Source: the human T2T-CHM13v2.0 reference genome, Homo sapiens
Length of the DNA stretch: 64,000 nt
Assembly: GCF_009914755.1 (NCBI RefSeq)
Contig: NC_060937.1
Strand: one strand, 5' to 3'
Shown: positions 39,105 through 52,545 of the stretch, in pieces
How the letters are laid out: every line of letters starts with the position of its first letter
How positions within the stretch are numbered: the stretch's first letter is position 1
Notes under the pieces: generated by a model
Seen by the model: the letters and a program-made list of their open reading frames with translations, nothing else
Told to the model about the DNA's origin: nothing
Database searches by the model: none
Program-made: the position numbers and the translations under genes

Positions 39105-41259
39105 TGAGGAGAATCTCAAAATAATTTAGCCATGTGCAGGTGAACTCTTGAGCAAGGATGATAGAGCAATTTTCAAGGATGAATGGAAATTGTGGTGTCT
39201 GATTATCTGTAGGAATAAAGGGTGGAAGAGTTTTTAAGCACTGGGGTGAGTTAGTGGACAAGTACTGCAGGATGGTAGGGGTTGAGATTGATCAATGGGA
39301 TGTGTTGAGCACATTGAGTTATTCTGGAGTTTGCAAATGTTTTTCCCTGTGATTAGGCCATCTGTGCTTGCTAAGTGGCACCCAATAGTTAGGCTAGTAT
39401 CATTGATTGCAGTGGCAGCCCATCTGGAGCGGCTGCTGCAAAGACACAGGTTGCAGTTGGGGAGGTGCAGCTGGGGCTGTGCACTCCATGGAGCCAGTGG
39501 GAGCCAGGAACAGGAGGGAGTCCTGTCCCTTTCTGAGTTGGTCAAAAGGAAGCCCTGTGCTCCCAGGCACAGCTGCAGCTGCCCAGCTGTGGCTGTGGAC
39601 CCAGCCATCCTTGTGCTCTCAGGGGCCCAGGAAGCTCCCTTGCCTCAGCAGGCTCAGAAGTGCCTGCTCCCACTGCCTGGCCTCTCCCCATTCCCAGTGC
39701 CCACTTTGATTTCAGAGCAAAATTGTGGCTGAGCTCAGGTGCTGTCATGACTTGGCTGGGTGTGCATACTCAGGGTAGTACTGACATGCCAGCCTCCTGC
39801 TGCCTCAGGCCCCTCCAGACTTTGGCCACTGACAGGCATGGGAGGGAGGCTGAGGGGGTGCTGAGGGCAGCTTGGTGTAGGACTTCAGGCACCCCTCAGC
39901 ATGAGCAGCCTGGGCCCCATGAATGCCATCAGGAGACATACAGGCTCCTGGGCAGAAAGAGGTGGGTCCCGGGTGAAATCCCACCTTCAAGCCAGGGATG
40001 GCCTGAAGGCTGGGGGCCAGGCTGTCACTTCAGTGGATCAGAGTGAGAACTTATGGTGCTTTTTCTAGCCTGCCCATGGCCACCCATGGACTAATCAGCA
40101 TGCACTTCCTTCCATCTGAAGCCCATAAAAACCTCAGACTCAGCCAGACTTGGGCAGACAATGGGATGACGTACCTGTGGAGAGAACTACCCACTATGAG
40201 TCTCCTCTCTATTAATAGCTGTACATTCATTGGGATGACCTGCATGAGAATAGGAGCTACCCACTCTGGGTCCCCTCTCCACTGATGGCTGCACGGATTA
40301 CAGGACAACCTGCCTGCAGAGAGGAGCTACCCATTTCGGGTCTCCTGAGAGCTCTACTGTCGCTCAGTAAAGCACTTCACCTTGCTCACCCTCCAGTTGT
40401 CTGCATACTTCATTCTTCCCAGACGTGGGACAGGAACTCAGGACCCACCAAATGGCAGGACTTAAAGGGCTGTAACACAAACAAGGCTGAAACACAACCT
40501 CCTTGCTCACCATGTTGTGAGCATGAGAAGAATAGGAGAGAAAAGAAGAGCTGCAGCCTTTTGTGGGGCCCAGACCCAGGAGCTTCCTAAGCCAAGGCTG
40601 TGACACCCTCCTTGGGGCTCTGTGGTTTCTGGCATCTCCAAGCTTCCAGCCACCACCATGTTACCTAGTGCCCACAGTGGAAGCCGCTTGCAATATGCCT
40701 GGTTTAGCCACAGCCTCACAGGGAGCTGGCACCCATGCCTGCACCTGGAACTGCCTGCCCCACTGCAGCCAGCGTGCCTTGTTGTGTGCAGTGACTGGAA
40801 CCCATGTTTGCTCATCCCTCACCACTCTGCACATGGCTCAGCCTTGGCAGGCATGGAATCTGGGCTAGCAGCATGAGCCGAACACAGTCTGCAAGGTTGA
40901 GTGGGTGGAACAAGCCCAGCAGGCCCAAGCAAAACTCAAGCAAAGGTGCCACTGGCCACAGAGGTTTCCAGCTGCCAAAGTGGCACCCTAAGCATCTCAC
41001 GACATCATCTCACAGAGATTGGAAGACAGAGGTGCTATCTTTGTTAATTTAAAAAGGATAGCTCCCAGGACCTTGAGAAAGACATTCCTGGATTGTAAAA
41101 TTGGCAAGAGGCTTTAAAAAATGTACATCTCAAAGGGGCAGAGAAAGAAGTTACAATTAGAGAGTTTTCTAAAGTAAATTCTCTAAGAAAAGAGAGGCCA
41201 GGAAGAATTCTATCTAAAGTTTAGTCAAACAGAGGAGATTTTTATGAGAGTCTTGATCA
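39105..41259 (-). mobile_element. MER67/MER31-like ERV1 LTR split by MER52
   Basis: End on + tacatctcaaaggggcagagaaagaagttacaa...ctaaagtttagtcaa...tcttgatca; LTR-like sequence on both sides of the MER52 TSD. Confidence 0.6.
39404..41004 (+). mobile_element. Full-length MER52 solo LTR (~1.6 kb)
   Basis: tg...ca termini (tgattgcagtggcagcccatctggagcgg ... atctcacgaca); 4-bp TSD tcat at 39400-39403 and 41005-41008; internal gagctacccact repeats. Confidence 0.9.
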
Positions 41260-43301
41260 CGCCTAGACTTCCTGAGCAGTTTCCTGCTCAACCCTAGAAG
41301 AAGGAAGAAAAAACACCAGGAAATGCTGGTTATTTTTATTTCCTGCTAGATTGATGGAATGGAGTCACAAAGTCAATTAATATAATTGCACAAAATATAG
41401 AATGCTTGGCTTCTTGCACACCTGGTCTGGTAACTGTGATTTATTAATATACATCAGATGATTAATCATTTTTTCTCTTTTAAATACACCTCAGAAACCT
41501 TTTTAAAGACTTGCTATTTACAGCTCCCCCAAACCAACTACATCCAGAATCACAAACTAATCACTAATAACTAACACCAGAGTTTTACCAGTATTTATAA
41601 TTAAAATCTAGTCATATGTGGTAAAACAAACAGGAAATGAGCATCTGTCATGCTCAAGGCATGAGCATATGTTTAGGAAAACTGGTAAATAGAACAGTGA
41701 GTGACTGTAAACTCAATTACCAACTTTTTAAAAGACAATAATGTAATAATTATGAACAAGTATAAGAAAGAATGCAAAATCTACATTTTAAATTTTTTAA
41801 ATAAATGATGTTTTAAATTAATGTGAGTATATTGTATAAGATGGTTAATGTTGGAATATACCTTTATATGCCTATATATTGAATATACATTTAGGAGTAT
41901 TAGAATGTAAGTACTAAAAAAGATTCAAGAAATCACAAAATGACAGATGGATAAAACATACCAATACATTCCAATGGAATTGCTCCTAAATTATATTTAT
42001 ATTTATTTCATATTTCCTGAACAATTTTCTAATTATTACCAGTTAGTAAGTTTCCCAAGCTAATATTTCAGTCTATTACTTTCAACAGAAGTTGCAGTCA
42101 TTTAAATTATGAGGTTAAATTTCTATTAAATAACAGAAGGAAAAATAAACTGATTAGATTTATTCGAAGATGTATTCTAACATACTGAAAGTTGACTTCT
42201 ATTGGACAAAATTTTTTCCACTCTAATTCCTCTTTGCATTAGCCCTTTCATCTAAGGTGTGTCGTCTGTTTCACAGAGACAACTGTCAGTCTCTTAAAAA
42301 CCAATAAATAATATAATATGCTTAGATAAATCTAAAGGAGCTGTTCATGGTATATATTCACCGAGTTTCAGTTTAAGTAGGCACATTTCTATTTTTGTAT
42401 TTGATTTGAGTATGGCCTATAGTCTTGTCCTTTTCCCTCCTCTTACTGAAGTGCCATACAAACTCTTTTTTCTATTTTCCTTTTTCTTTTTCTTTACTGG
42501 ACCTGTTCTGGAAAAAAAGGAAAAAGGTTATATTATTTTCTTTTCATGCCAAATTTTCTTGGTTAGTGTATTGACAACTAAAGAGTTTTTATATGCCAGT
42601 GTAGCTTTAGTTACGCAGTAAGTGGCTATTGACATTGTATGTAAATTGAATTTTTAAGACATTAAATCACGTATTAAATAAGTGTGAAAGGGGCTGTGTA
42701 TAAGTTGCTGCCCAGTCTCTAAGAATATTTCTACCTGGCCCTGGTCACTTGTACCTTGGTCAAGAGGCAAAGTTATATTTTGCTCTCTCATTCCCTTACT
42801 CTCAGCTTAAGCCTTTACAGCAGCCTTTGTATGGAAAAAAGAAAGAGAACTGGTTCTGTGTAAATAATCCCCACTTATGTGAAGGATTTACTGAGGTCTT
42901 TGTTTCTACTTACCGTGGGCATCTATACAAGAACTGCAAACAAATGGCCTGTGCTGTTGAGAATTCACTTACTGTTTTAGAAATGGGGTGTAAATTTTGT
43001 AGAATAAATGGGAAAATATGAGAGGGAAATCAACATTAAATGAGTACTTCATCTAATTACCTCATCTAATAATACTAATTTGTCTGCAGGACAATGTTGT
43101 AAATGATTGGACTAAAGCTCACATTTTAGATAAAGAAACTGATATCTAGAGAAATCTGGAATTTGGCTAAAGCGTAGAGTAGAGGTCTAATTTCTAAACC
43201 TGTAGATTTTACTGCACGACACGGTGCCTCCTATAATGATAATGGCTCACTTTTATTAAGCACTCAACATGTGCCAGAAATTCTTCTAAGTGTTTTAAAG
43301 C

Positions 43302-43875
43302 TGTTGGTGCTTTGCGACCAAAGACCACCAGGCTGCGGTTGAATAATTTGGGACTGTGACTCATTGTAATGAGGAAGAACTCACATCATCAGGAACTATG
43401 GGGCATCTCAGTGCGAAACTATTGAAAGGACTTATTATAGGATTTAGGTTTATTATCCTGATTTGGATGGTTTTAGAAAAGATTTCTGAAAGTAGGTCTT
43501 TGCTGTGGCTTGGATGCTGTCAGGAAGTGGGAGTAATTCTATGATGAGTTATGCTAATCTTATCTAGAAGGGCAGGCTAGAATGAGGTCAAAGCTGTAAC
43601 TGGTTGAGAAAACAGTCACACTCATATTAGGCAGGAGAGGGGAATATTGAGGTCATTTTTGTGGGTTGCACAATGATCAGGTTTTTGTCTCTGTGCAAGC
43701 GTGATCATCAAATGGCCTTGTTTTGCTCTTGATCCATCATGGTCATGTGTCACCTGTGGCCTTTTCTGATGTTGATATTCTATAACATTGTTTATGTTCA
43801 ACAGGAGAGAACCAAGACTTAGTTTATAGTACCAGACTAGTTCCCAAATGTCAGAGGCCACTTTTATCTTTCTTA
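43302..43875 (-). mobile_element. Ancient ERV1-type LTR (LTR78-like)
   Basis: tggatgctgtcaggaagtgggagtaattctatgatgag...tcttatctagaagg...aaagctgtaactgg...cagtcacactcatattag; preceded on the - strand by purine tract ggacaaaagaagag. Confidence 0.6.
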
Positions 43876-44245
43876 ATCTCTTCTTTTGTCCACAGGCAGA
43901 TAACATTAGGCCACAGCACATTAATCCATGACATCTGAAATTTCATCATTGTTGAGATTTTGCTGATCAGGAGTTCCTTTAGAGAATGCAGTCTTTACTT
44001 AGACTAGAGTTAGTCTCTCCTGCTCCTTTTGTTGTAGGATGAATTGTTGAACTTTCTGAAGGAACAATGGCTGTGCAACTGCATTTAATTAAGTCCCTGA
44101 CAGGATACATTGGCTAATGTAACACAAGCAATGATCAGAAACACAATGACTATTAGTTCTTGAAACAAGTTTGGAAACCTGGTTCCTAGATTATAAAACC
44201 CATATAATACATCCAGCTGGGTCTGAAAAAGATCCACCATAGCCT
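43876..44245 (-). pseudogene. ERV internal 3' end with env transmembrane/cytoplasmic-tail remnant
   Basis: - strand reads ..RFPNLFQELIVIVFLIIACVTLA, then after a frameshift CILSGT*LNAVAQPLFLQKVQQFILQQ; directly upstream of the PPT and LTR. Confidence 0.5.
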
Positions 44246-45599
44246 TATTTATTAAATTAAAATATTGAGGAGGAGATATCCTTAATATATATAAAGTCAT
44301 TAAATAAATTATAGTGCATTAATAAAAGGAACAATTTTCATCCAGTTAAAAATGATGTTGTAGATAAATATCCATTGGTATTGGGAGATGTTTATGAAGT
44401 ATAGTTAAGTGAAAAATTCAGGTTGTTAAGCAGAATATTGGCATTTAATCTATATGCATAGAAAAATGTGTGGACATAAATTTATGAATGTGTTAACTGT
44501 AGTTGTCTCTAAGAGGTGTGTTTATGAGAGATTTTAAATTCGTTTTGTCTTTTGGCTTATCTGCAGGTTCTCATTTTTCATCATCAACATATATTCTCTT
44601 TTAATAACTAAAAAATAAATGTTTCTTCATATAATGGAATTATGGTTGATTTCTATTTCTATTTCCATTTTTTATATATTTTGTGATTTTTGAAAATATC
44701 CTAAACTATCAATATTATTAACTAAAAATAAGAAAACAAAATAGTATCTAAAAGCACCAGTTTATATTAAAATAAAAAATGAAAAAAGTTGAGGAGTGAT
44801 TGACAACTCAAATACAAAGTAGTGTATACATTGTAGGGTCATTGATTATTTTGTTTTAGCTACATTTTACGTTTTAGTACCTGGCTTGATATGGATCCTG
44901 ATCATCCTTCATTTTCAATCACTTTAGGGAGGTAAGAAAGCTCTTTATTTAATTTCTGGTTCCAAATCTATTATAATGGTATTTTAAATTTTGATTTAAA
45001 TCTAAATGAATATTTTTTGCTTCCTTTATTATGTAATAATATTATCTAAATATAATATAAAAATTTCCTTCTTTTCAATACATAAAGCTCATCTTTGGTT
45101 ATTGCTTTAAAAGCCTTAATAATTTTGAATAATAGAAGTTTGCATTATAATATTTATCTTGTCCATGACCTCAATGGAAATGTTCCAACAATTTTGTCTT
45201 TAGTTGTTTACTCATTTACTAATTAACTTAACATATATTCTAATGTTAGGGTGCAGGTATCTATCTTAAGTCATATTTTTAAAGTGTTATATATTTTATC
45301 ATAATATTTTAAATAATTCCAAATTTTGTAAATATTTTTGGATTAGTATGAATACACCAAATATAATTGTACTCTAGTTGTATCATTATATTTCCAGAAT
45401 ACATATGACTTAAATATAACATTTTATTTAATAATAGGAATGAAATTGATCTGAGTTCTGTATGCTGATTTTTATTTGGGGTTTATGCACCTTTATACAT
45501 AAATTTGTAGATATTTTCTTTTCACAGTTTCATTGTCTGATTTACGTATTAGGTTTATTCAAGGAATTGAGATGTTTTCCATGTTGTTTCTTCAAGAAC

Positions 45600-46112
45600 T
45601 GCAAAGATTCCAAGATTTTTACCTTCCCTGCAAGCTAAACAAGTTAGCTTAACATGGTTTGAGAGATACTGGGACAAGACAGGAGACCTTTGAGTTGGAA
45701 ACAAAAGACAATGTGTTACCAGCAACAATAGGACTAGCCAGAGTAACAATGTTGTGCTGCTTCCTTGAGCCCCACTTTCCACAGGGCAACAAGAGAACTG
45801 CCATGCAATATACACCCCAGTGGTGTGTGTGAGAAGAGAAAAACCCTAAGTTTAGAAAACCTGATCTTGTATAGGAGGCTGCTAGCAAACAGTATATGCA
45901 CATCTCTTCTACAGAGAGGTATTTTTCATTATATTGGACAGTGAATAAACCTGCTCCAATGGTAAACAGTGTTTCTATTTTCTGAAGCTGCTTGCTATCT
46001 TTGAAAATACAGTATCAAGCAAGTTAGATGTTAAGAATTTTCACAATTCTGTATGCCTCAAAAGGTGAGGCACGCAAGATTGTGTAAGACTTATTGAGAA
46101 TTGTTTCCAACA
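45600..46112 (-). mobile_element. LTR40-like ERVL solo LTR inside old L1M remnants
   Basis: - strand begins tgttggaaacaattctc; + strand begins tgcaaagattccaagatttttaccttccctgcaagctaaacaagttagc. Confidence 0.65.
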
Positions 46113-46925
46113 TTTTGTATTCTGGAGAAGTTCAAATATATCAGGAATTAATTATTTTCTGAATGTTTGATATAAAATATGAGTAAATACAAAAAAACTA
46201 AAGTTTTGTTCAGAAAGTATTTTTTTGACATTGCTTATAGATCTCCATTGATTATTCTTTTTATTAAGTTTCTTGGCTGCTTGTATTCTCCCAGAAAATA
46301 ACGTTCATAAAGATTTTTTCACATATAGTAGCATGAAGTGGACTAATATATTATTCTATAAGATTTTTTAATCCCCTTCCATATTATAGCCATATAGTTT
46401 CTGACTCCTATTACTTTTGTTGTTGTTTTTTTATCATCAGTTTCCAAGTCAGGATGTATCATAACAAGAAGTGCTGAGGGAGTGGTGTGTCCTGTATTTT
46501 TTTAAATTAAATGTATTAGAAAGTGCATTTTTTTAAATTCCATTAGTGTTTGCCTCTATGCTTTTCAAAAGCATTTTAACTACATTTCTTAAATTGACAG
46601 AGTCAAGAGAAATAATACCTTATGAGTTTGTTGAAATAATCTGCAATTTTAGGAATATATCTCTATGTTATACACACATACATAGGAAGTCCTCACTTTG
46701 ACAGTTATGACATGCATAAATTTCATTTCCCACAGTTAGTTAAATAACACCAATTATCAAACCATATGGCTTAAATTTCAGTTACTATGTTATGCTAACT
46801 GTGAGTAATTGCATCAAGTGCAAATTCACTACTAGCCTTTCAATCTATAGATAACTATCCAAATAATAGATGCATATCATGATCAGTGACCAATCATATC
46901 ACTCCAAAGTCTATTAATTACTGTT

Positions 46926-47327
46926 TGCTATGGTTTTAATGTGTTTCCAAGGTTTATGTGTTGAAAACTTGATCCACAATGTGACAGTGTTAGGACATGG
47001 GGTCTAATGGGAGGTGTTTGTGTTATGGGGACATCACCCTAATGAATGGATTAATGCTGTTATCACAGGAATGTGTTTGTAATCATGAGAGTGTGTTCCT
47101 TATACAAGGACTAGCTTGGCCCCCTCTTGTTCATTCTCTCTCACATACTCAGTCTTTGTCCATCTGCCTTCTGCCATGGAATGATGCAGTAAGAAGGCCC
47201 CTGCCAAGACTGGTTCGTCAGTCTTGAACTTCCCAGCCTCCAGAACTATCAGCCATTAAATTTCTATTCATTATAAGTTGCATAATCTGTGGTATTCTGT
47301 AATGGCAGCATAAAATGAACTAAGACA
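46926..47327 (+). mobile_element. MST (MSTB/C-like) MaLR solo LTR
   Basis: tgctatggttttaatgtg...gaacttcccagcctccagaact...aaaatgaactaagaca. Confidence 0.88.
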
Positions 47328-48303
47328 TTGCTCATCTGTTATTTAGTTTATTCTCACACAGCAAAGCATGCATTTGTGTTGCCTCCTTACCCATATGATA
47401 CATGCATTCTACATTTTACCAAATTGAGTAATTTGAAGGGGGAATTGGGTAACAAAAATGAAAGTAAGCAAAAAAACAAAACAAAACAAAACAAAACCAA
47501 AAAACCCAAAATGATAATGCTATAAGTGAAGCTGGATGTGATTGGACGATTTTAAAATGGCAATAGGAAAGCTAATAATAGAGCAAGACCTAGGCTTGCA
47601 TAAAGCTATCTATGAATCCTACTGAAAATGTCCAATGGATATAAAAAACAGGGTAAAGTTGCTTCAACATTTTTTAGTTGAAATTGCACAAAAAAGGGAC
47701 ATTGCTATGGCTAAATGGGGCATTTATTTCTATTTGGTTTGCAAACCATATTTAAACAAAGATCACAAGCAAAGATTACACTATACAAACTAGTTTGTCT
47801 AGTGTTCAGGCCAAAGTGAGGAAGTTATATACTGCATGACAGAAAATAGTAATTATTTACTGCCAGTTAATGCTTGTTTCATTGTTTCAAAGGTGGGCAT
47901 AAATTAATGATTAGTGTTAAACTGTCTGACAAAACTCCTAGCATAACTAAGATGACTGCTGTAAAATTTGTCCCCTGATTCCAAGGATTACTTAATGCAG
48001 ATAGTTATGATGATCATCAAATATTTATGATTGATGAGAAATATCTTTTGTGGAAGGCAATCTCATCAAGAGCTTATGCAACAAAAGACACAGGATTATA
48101 AAGTGGCCGTAAAGGAGAGACTAGAGCTATGCAGCCAGAGGAACTTAATGGAGGTGAACTTTTTGACATAAATGAGGAAAGTGGTTGTGATGAAAAGGAA
48201 GATGTTACAGATGAAGTGACCCTGGCAAGATATTTCACATTAAAGAAACTTTGGTGATGTTTCACATCATCAAAACACAAGGGATAAAGTGTTGGAAGTT
48301 GAT

Positions 48304-48813
48304 TATGGTTGGCAGAATAATGGTCTTCCAAAAGATGTTCATGTCCTAATACCTGAATCCGAATATATTCGGTTGCATGGAAAACCGGAATTAAGGTTGC
48401 AGATGGAATTAATTTTCCTAATCTGCTGACTTTAAACAAATTAACCTGGATTATTCAGGTGGGCCCAATGTAATTATAACGGTCATTAGAAAATGGAAGA
48501 GAAAGGCAGAAGATAGGAGCGAGAGGGAGATGTGATTATAGAAGAATGGTCAGAGAAATGCAACGTTGTTGTCTTAGAAGATGGAGGAAGGGGACTGTGA
48601 GCCAAGAAATGGCTTCTGGAAGCTGTAAAATGCAAGGAAATGGATTGTCCTGCAGAGCCCCCAGAAAGGAAAACAGTCCCACTGATACTCTTATTTATGC
48701 CTAGTGAGACCTATGTCGGACTTCTGACATACATAACTGTAAGATAAGTTTGTATTGATTTAAGCCACTACACTTGTGATAATTTGTTACTGCAGTAATA
48801 GAAAACTAATACA
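48304..48813 (+). mobile_element. MLT1D MaLR solo LTR
   Basis: ggcagaataatggtcttccaaaagatgttcatgtcctaat...taaggttgcagatggaattaa...gaaaactaataca; 5-bp TSD ttgat/ctgat. Confidence 0.9.
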
Positions 48814-49182
48814 CTGATCCAAAAGTAGAACTATGACAACTCACTAAGGCATACAAAAGATGGTTCCTGCATGACACGAAAGCAAAAGCTGTTCAAACTA
48901 CCTGTGATAAATTTTTACAAAGAAATAAAATACTTTAATTCTAAGGATTCCTAATATTTTAACTTACAGTATATTAAGTAAATCTTAGTTTTACTATGTT
49001 TTATTTTCCTATGTATTTATAACTTATAGTATGTGTTTTAAATGTTTTGACAAAAATATTATAAGGTCACAGAACAATTTCATTTTCCCATTGAATATAA
49101 ACATTTCATTGCATGGTTCCAGCCTAAGTGATCATTGATCATTTTTATGGTCTTCTACCACCATGCAAAGTGTGGACTGAAT

Positions 49183-49184
<2 letters not shown>

Positions 49185-49217
<33 letters not shown>
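49185..49217. repeat. (AC)16 microsatellite
   Basis: Perfect run directly after the Tigger terminus. Confidence 0.95.
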
Positions 49218-49219
<2 letters not shown>

Positions 49220-49708
49220 TATAAGAATTTGAATTGTTTTATACTATAATTCAAAATCAATGTGTATTTTTATTATAGATGATTTTAGTGTTTACTAATA
49301 GTTGTTTATGTTATACTTTCTCATTCTTAAGCTCATACATTTGCTTCATCTTATATTTATATGTGGTACAAAATTTCAAGTCAAAATTTTATTAATGATA
49401 GCTAGCATATTCTTTTCTCTGTCCTTGAATGATTTCAAATAATTTTCTTTTATTTATTTTATGTGATAAACTTGATGGAGTACAGAATTTTGTGATATTG
49501 ACTTTACCCCTTATAACTGTCAATAGACACTCTCTTTGTTGTACCAGGAGTTTGGAGTACACTTTGTTTTCAACAGCTTTCATAGAATCTGAAATAATGA
49601 AATTCTGTGGCCCTCAAAGGAATATGCTATTACCATTGATGACACATGATAGTGTCCCAAGCACTAAGTCTGAAGGATAAATATAACAATATAACACTAT
49701 TCATCTTT

Positions 49709-49959
49709 TTTGGGGGGGTGGGGAGGAAGGTCTTGCTCTGTCACCCAGGCTAGAGTACAGTGGTATGATCATGGCTCACTGCAGCCTCAACCTTCTGGGC
49801 TCAGTGATTCTCCCACCTCAGCCTCCTGAGTAGCTGAGACTACATATACTGGCCATAATATTCAGCTAATTTTTGTATTTTTTTTTTTTTTAAAGATGGG
49901 GTTTTGACATGTTGCCCAGGCTGGTCTCAAACTCCTGGGTTCAAGTGGTCTGCCTGGCC
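49709..49959 (-). mobile_element. AluJ with ~50-bp deletion near its 5' end
   Basis: TSD actattcatcttt on both sides; caagtggtctgcc joins directly to tggcc; tail region replaced by a G-run. Confidence 0.9.
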
Positions 49960-50819
49960 ACTATTCATCTTTCTTAAGACTTAATTTTACACAAAAGTTT
50001 TTCTTGGGTGGGAGGAGAAACATTGTTTTTAATACTAAAATGTTCATGCATATATTATGGATCAGAAAAGAAAAACTTCAACAAATCTTAAAACAAAAAA
50101 AATTTTGAAAACTTCTAGATGTGAAAGGAAATTTAGGTTTTTCCCTTTCTACTGCCATTAATGATACTCTGTTAAAAATACATGAGAGTCATGAAGATAA
50201 TATTTATATTCCAGTTACCTGATTTCTTTCTCCTCCTGTGTCTTTATTAACATCTGGAATTATATGTCTCAGAATTCATGGTATCACAACTAGTCTTCCT
50301 AGTACTGCCAAGCTGTCTTATGCTAAAATAGAGTTTGGGGCAAGAAAGGTTGACAGGATTACTATACTAAACGCAACAGAACAGTGTCTGAATTAAAGGA
50401 ATGTCTCATTAATTTGCTTTTCAAAGGGATTGGTGATTTGGGAGGTATACAAAATTTTTCTAACTTTTCATATGTATCTATGTATGCACATGTTGGGATG
50501 TATATTCACATATATTCATAAACATAACTGGGATAATATCAAATGTGTCTAGCATTGTTCTGAGCACTAAACTTATTTATTCATTTATATCCCAGTATAT
50601 ATACAAATTTGTCTTTCATTTTTATCATAAATATATTTTTGGTATTTCATCTATCACTAAATACATATCTACATTATTGTTTGAATCTGCATCATATTCT
50701 ATATGTCAGAATATTTCTTAATTTTCCTGTTCTTGCACTTTTAAGTTATTTCTAGCTTTTAATTATTGTAAATATAATCTAGTTGCAAAATCTTGCATCT
50801 CAACTCTGCCTTTTTTCTT

Positions 50820-51129
<310 letters not shown>

Positions 51130-52324
51130 TGCCTTTTTTCTTAATGCAAATTATTAGAAGTGAATTACTGGGTCAATGTGTATGATTATTTTTAGTGCTA
51201 ATGAATGCATTCTTTTTTTTCCAGAAAATTCAAAGCTGAAAATATTTCATTAGAATTGCAGCTTCTGTAGATCCTCAGTAACCGCATTTTAGTCTTATAA
51301 AAGCTAATATACTATAGTTGCCAGTTTCAAAAGCTAATATACTGAAGTTAATGGGCAATTCCAAACCCTTTTCCTCAGAGGAGCCAATTGGCTCCTCTTT
51401 CCAAGTTGAAAGAGGAAGTACTATTTATCACAATGTTATGCAACTCTAGATATGGCTGAAGGGGGTGCAGGAACCAGGCACTGACTCAACACAAGCTGTT
51501 CCAATCAGATTTTCTTCCAGAAATTAAAATTGAGACACAAAAACAGAGTCATTTAACTGGAAATATCTAAGTCAGACAATCATTAAAGATCAAAAACTAA
51601 TATCATAATTTTAGGAAAGCCACAGCTGGCCATGTGTAATTGGATATATAAGTAGAGAAGTGAGTTTACAGAAAAACTGTGAAGTAGATAACACTTAGAA
51701 AAAAGAGGAAAAAAGAATGTGAAGACTCAGGACTATAAAGAAAGACAAAGGGAGTGGCAGACTAGAGCATTCCTACTTCTGTGGATTCTGAATATTCTTC
51801 CTAATATTAGATTCCATGAAATTATTCTGAATCCTTCAGATTGAGCTTATGAACAACCTGTTTTTAACCTTTGCCATACTGGTATTCTTGAAGACATATT
51901 TATTATAATATAAAGTAGGAAGGCAGTTAGAGCTTTTTGTCCCTCAATTTCTGAAGCAGTATTAGCAGCAATCATTTTACCTATGTGAGCCAATGCAACT
52001 GGATTTCCGAGGTTCTAGATGGACATATAGGAGTTACTACAATCACTATTCCAGAAAGTCAAAAGAATTTGCATGGAGTCTATTGCAGTGAAGTGATGCA
52101 GCTGAAATGCTATCGATGGAGTGGTAGAGAGAAAGGTGAGGGCCATGCTGTTTAGATATTTTAAAGAGAGAGAAAATGGGAAGATGAACTAGCTAATATT
52201 GGTTAGAAAATCTCTTGGTAGCAGAAATAGAAATGTGGGTTGTATCGAGCCTATCAGTGGAACAATCTCTGGAGATAATGATGGTGATAAAATAACCTTT
52301 GATACAATGTGCCTACTCCTTTTC

Positions 52325-52545
52325 ACACATTGTTGCTCACTGGAAAAAACGTAAGATATCAGGAAGCCTAGGTTCTGGTATTTTGTTTCTATATATCTGT
52401 ATGCATTTTGGTAAATCAATCAACTTCCTTCTAAATTATTTTCTATTTTTAATTAGAAAAATGTCTGATCTCCCTGTCTTAACCATTCATTGACTGAAAG
52501 AAAATGAGTAATAAAAAATGTTCTAAAAAATTAAAGCTCTATTAT
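52325..52545 (+). mobile_element. MIR fragment
   Basis: tcaggaagcctaggttctgg...ttttggtaaatcaatcaacttc; highly diverged. Confidence 0.55.

Larger units (their letters stand above)
46683..49183 (+). mobile_element. Tigger6-like (TcMar-Tigger) internally deleted DNA transposon, split by MST and MLT1D
   Basis: Degenerate TIRs taggaagtcctcactttg / caaagtgtggactgaata; pogo/Tigger first-Asp motif remnant QIFMIDEKYLLWKAISSRAY at 48018-48077; acidic C-terminal remnant near 48130-48230. Confidence 0.8.

Noticed and set aside
39234-41052. Dense ORF cluster and short gagctacccact repeats resembling a gene or CRISPR-like array
   Set aside because: These are intrinsic features of the MER52 LTR; the repeats are degenerate and irregularly spaced, and the DNA is primate.
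49711-49730. G-run as a possible G-quadruplex
   Set aside because: Cannot supply four separate GGG tracts; only a weak two-tier structure is possible, in a mutated Alu tail.
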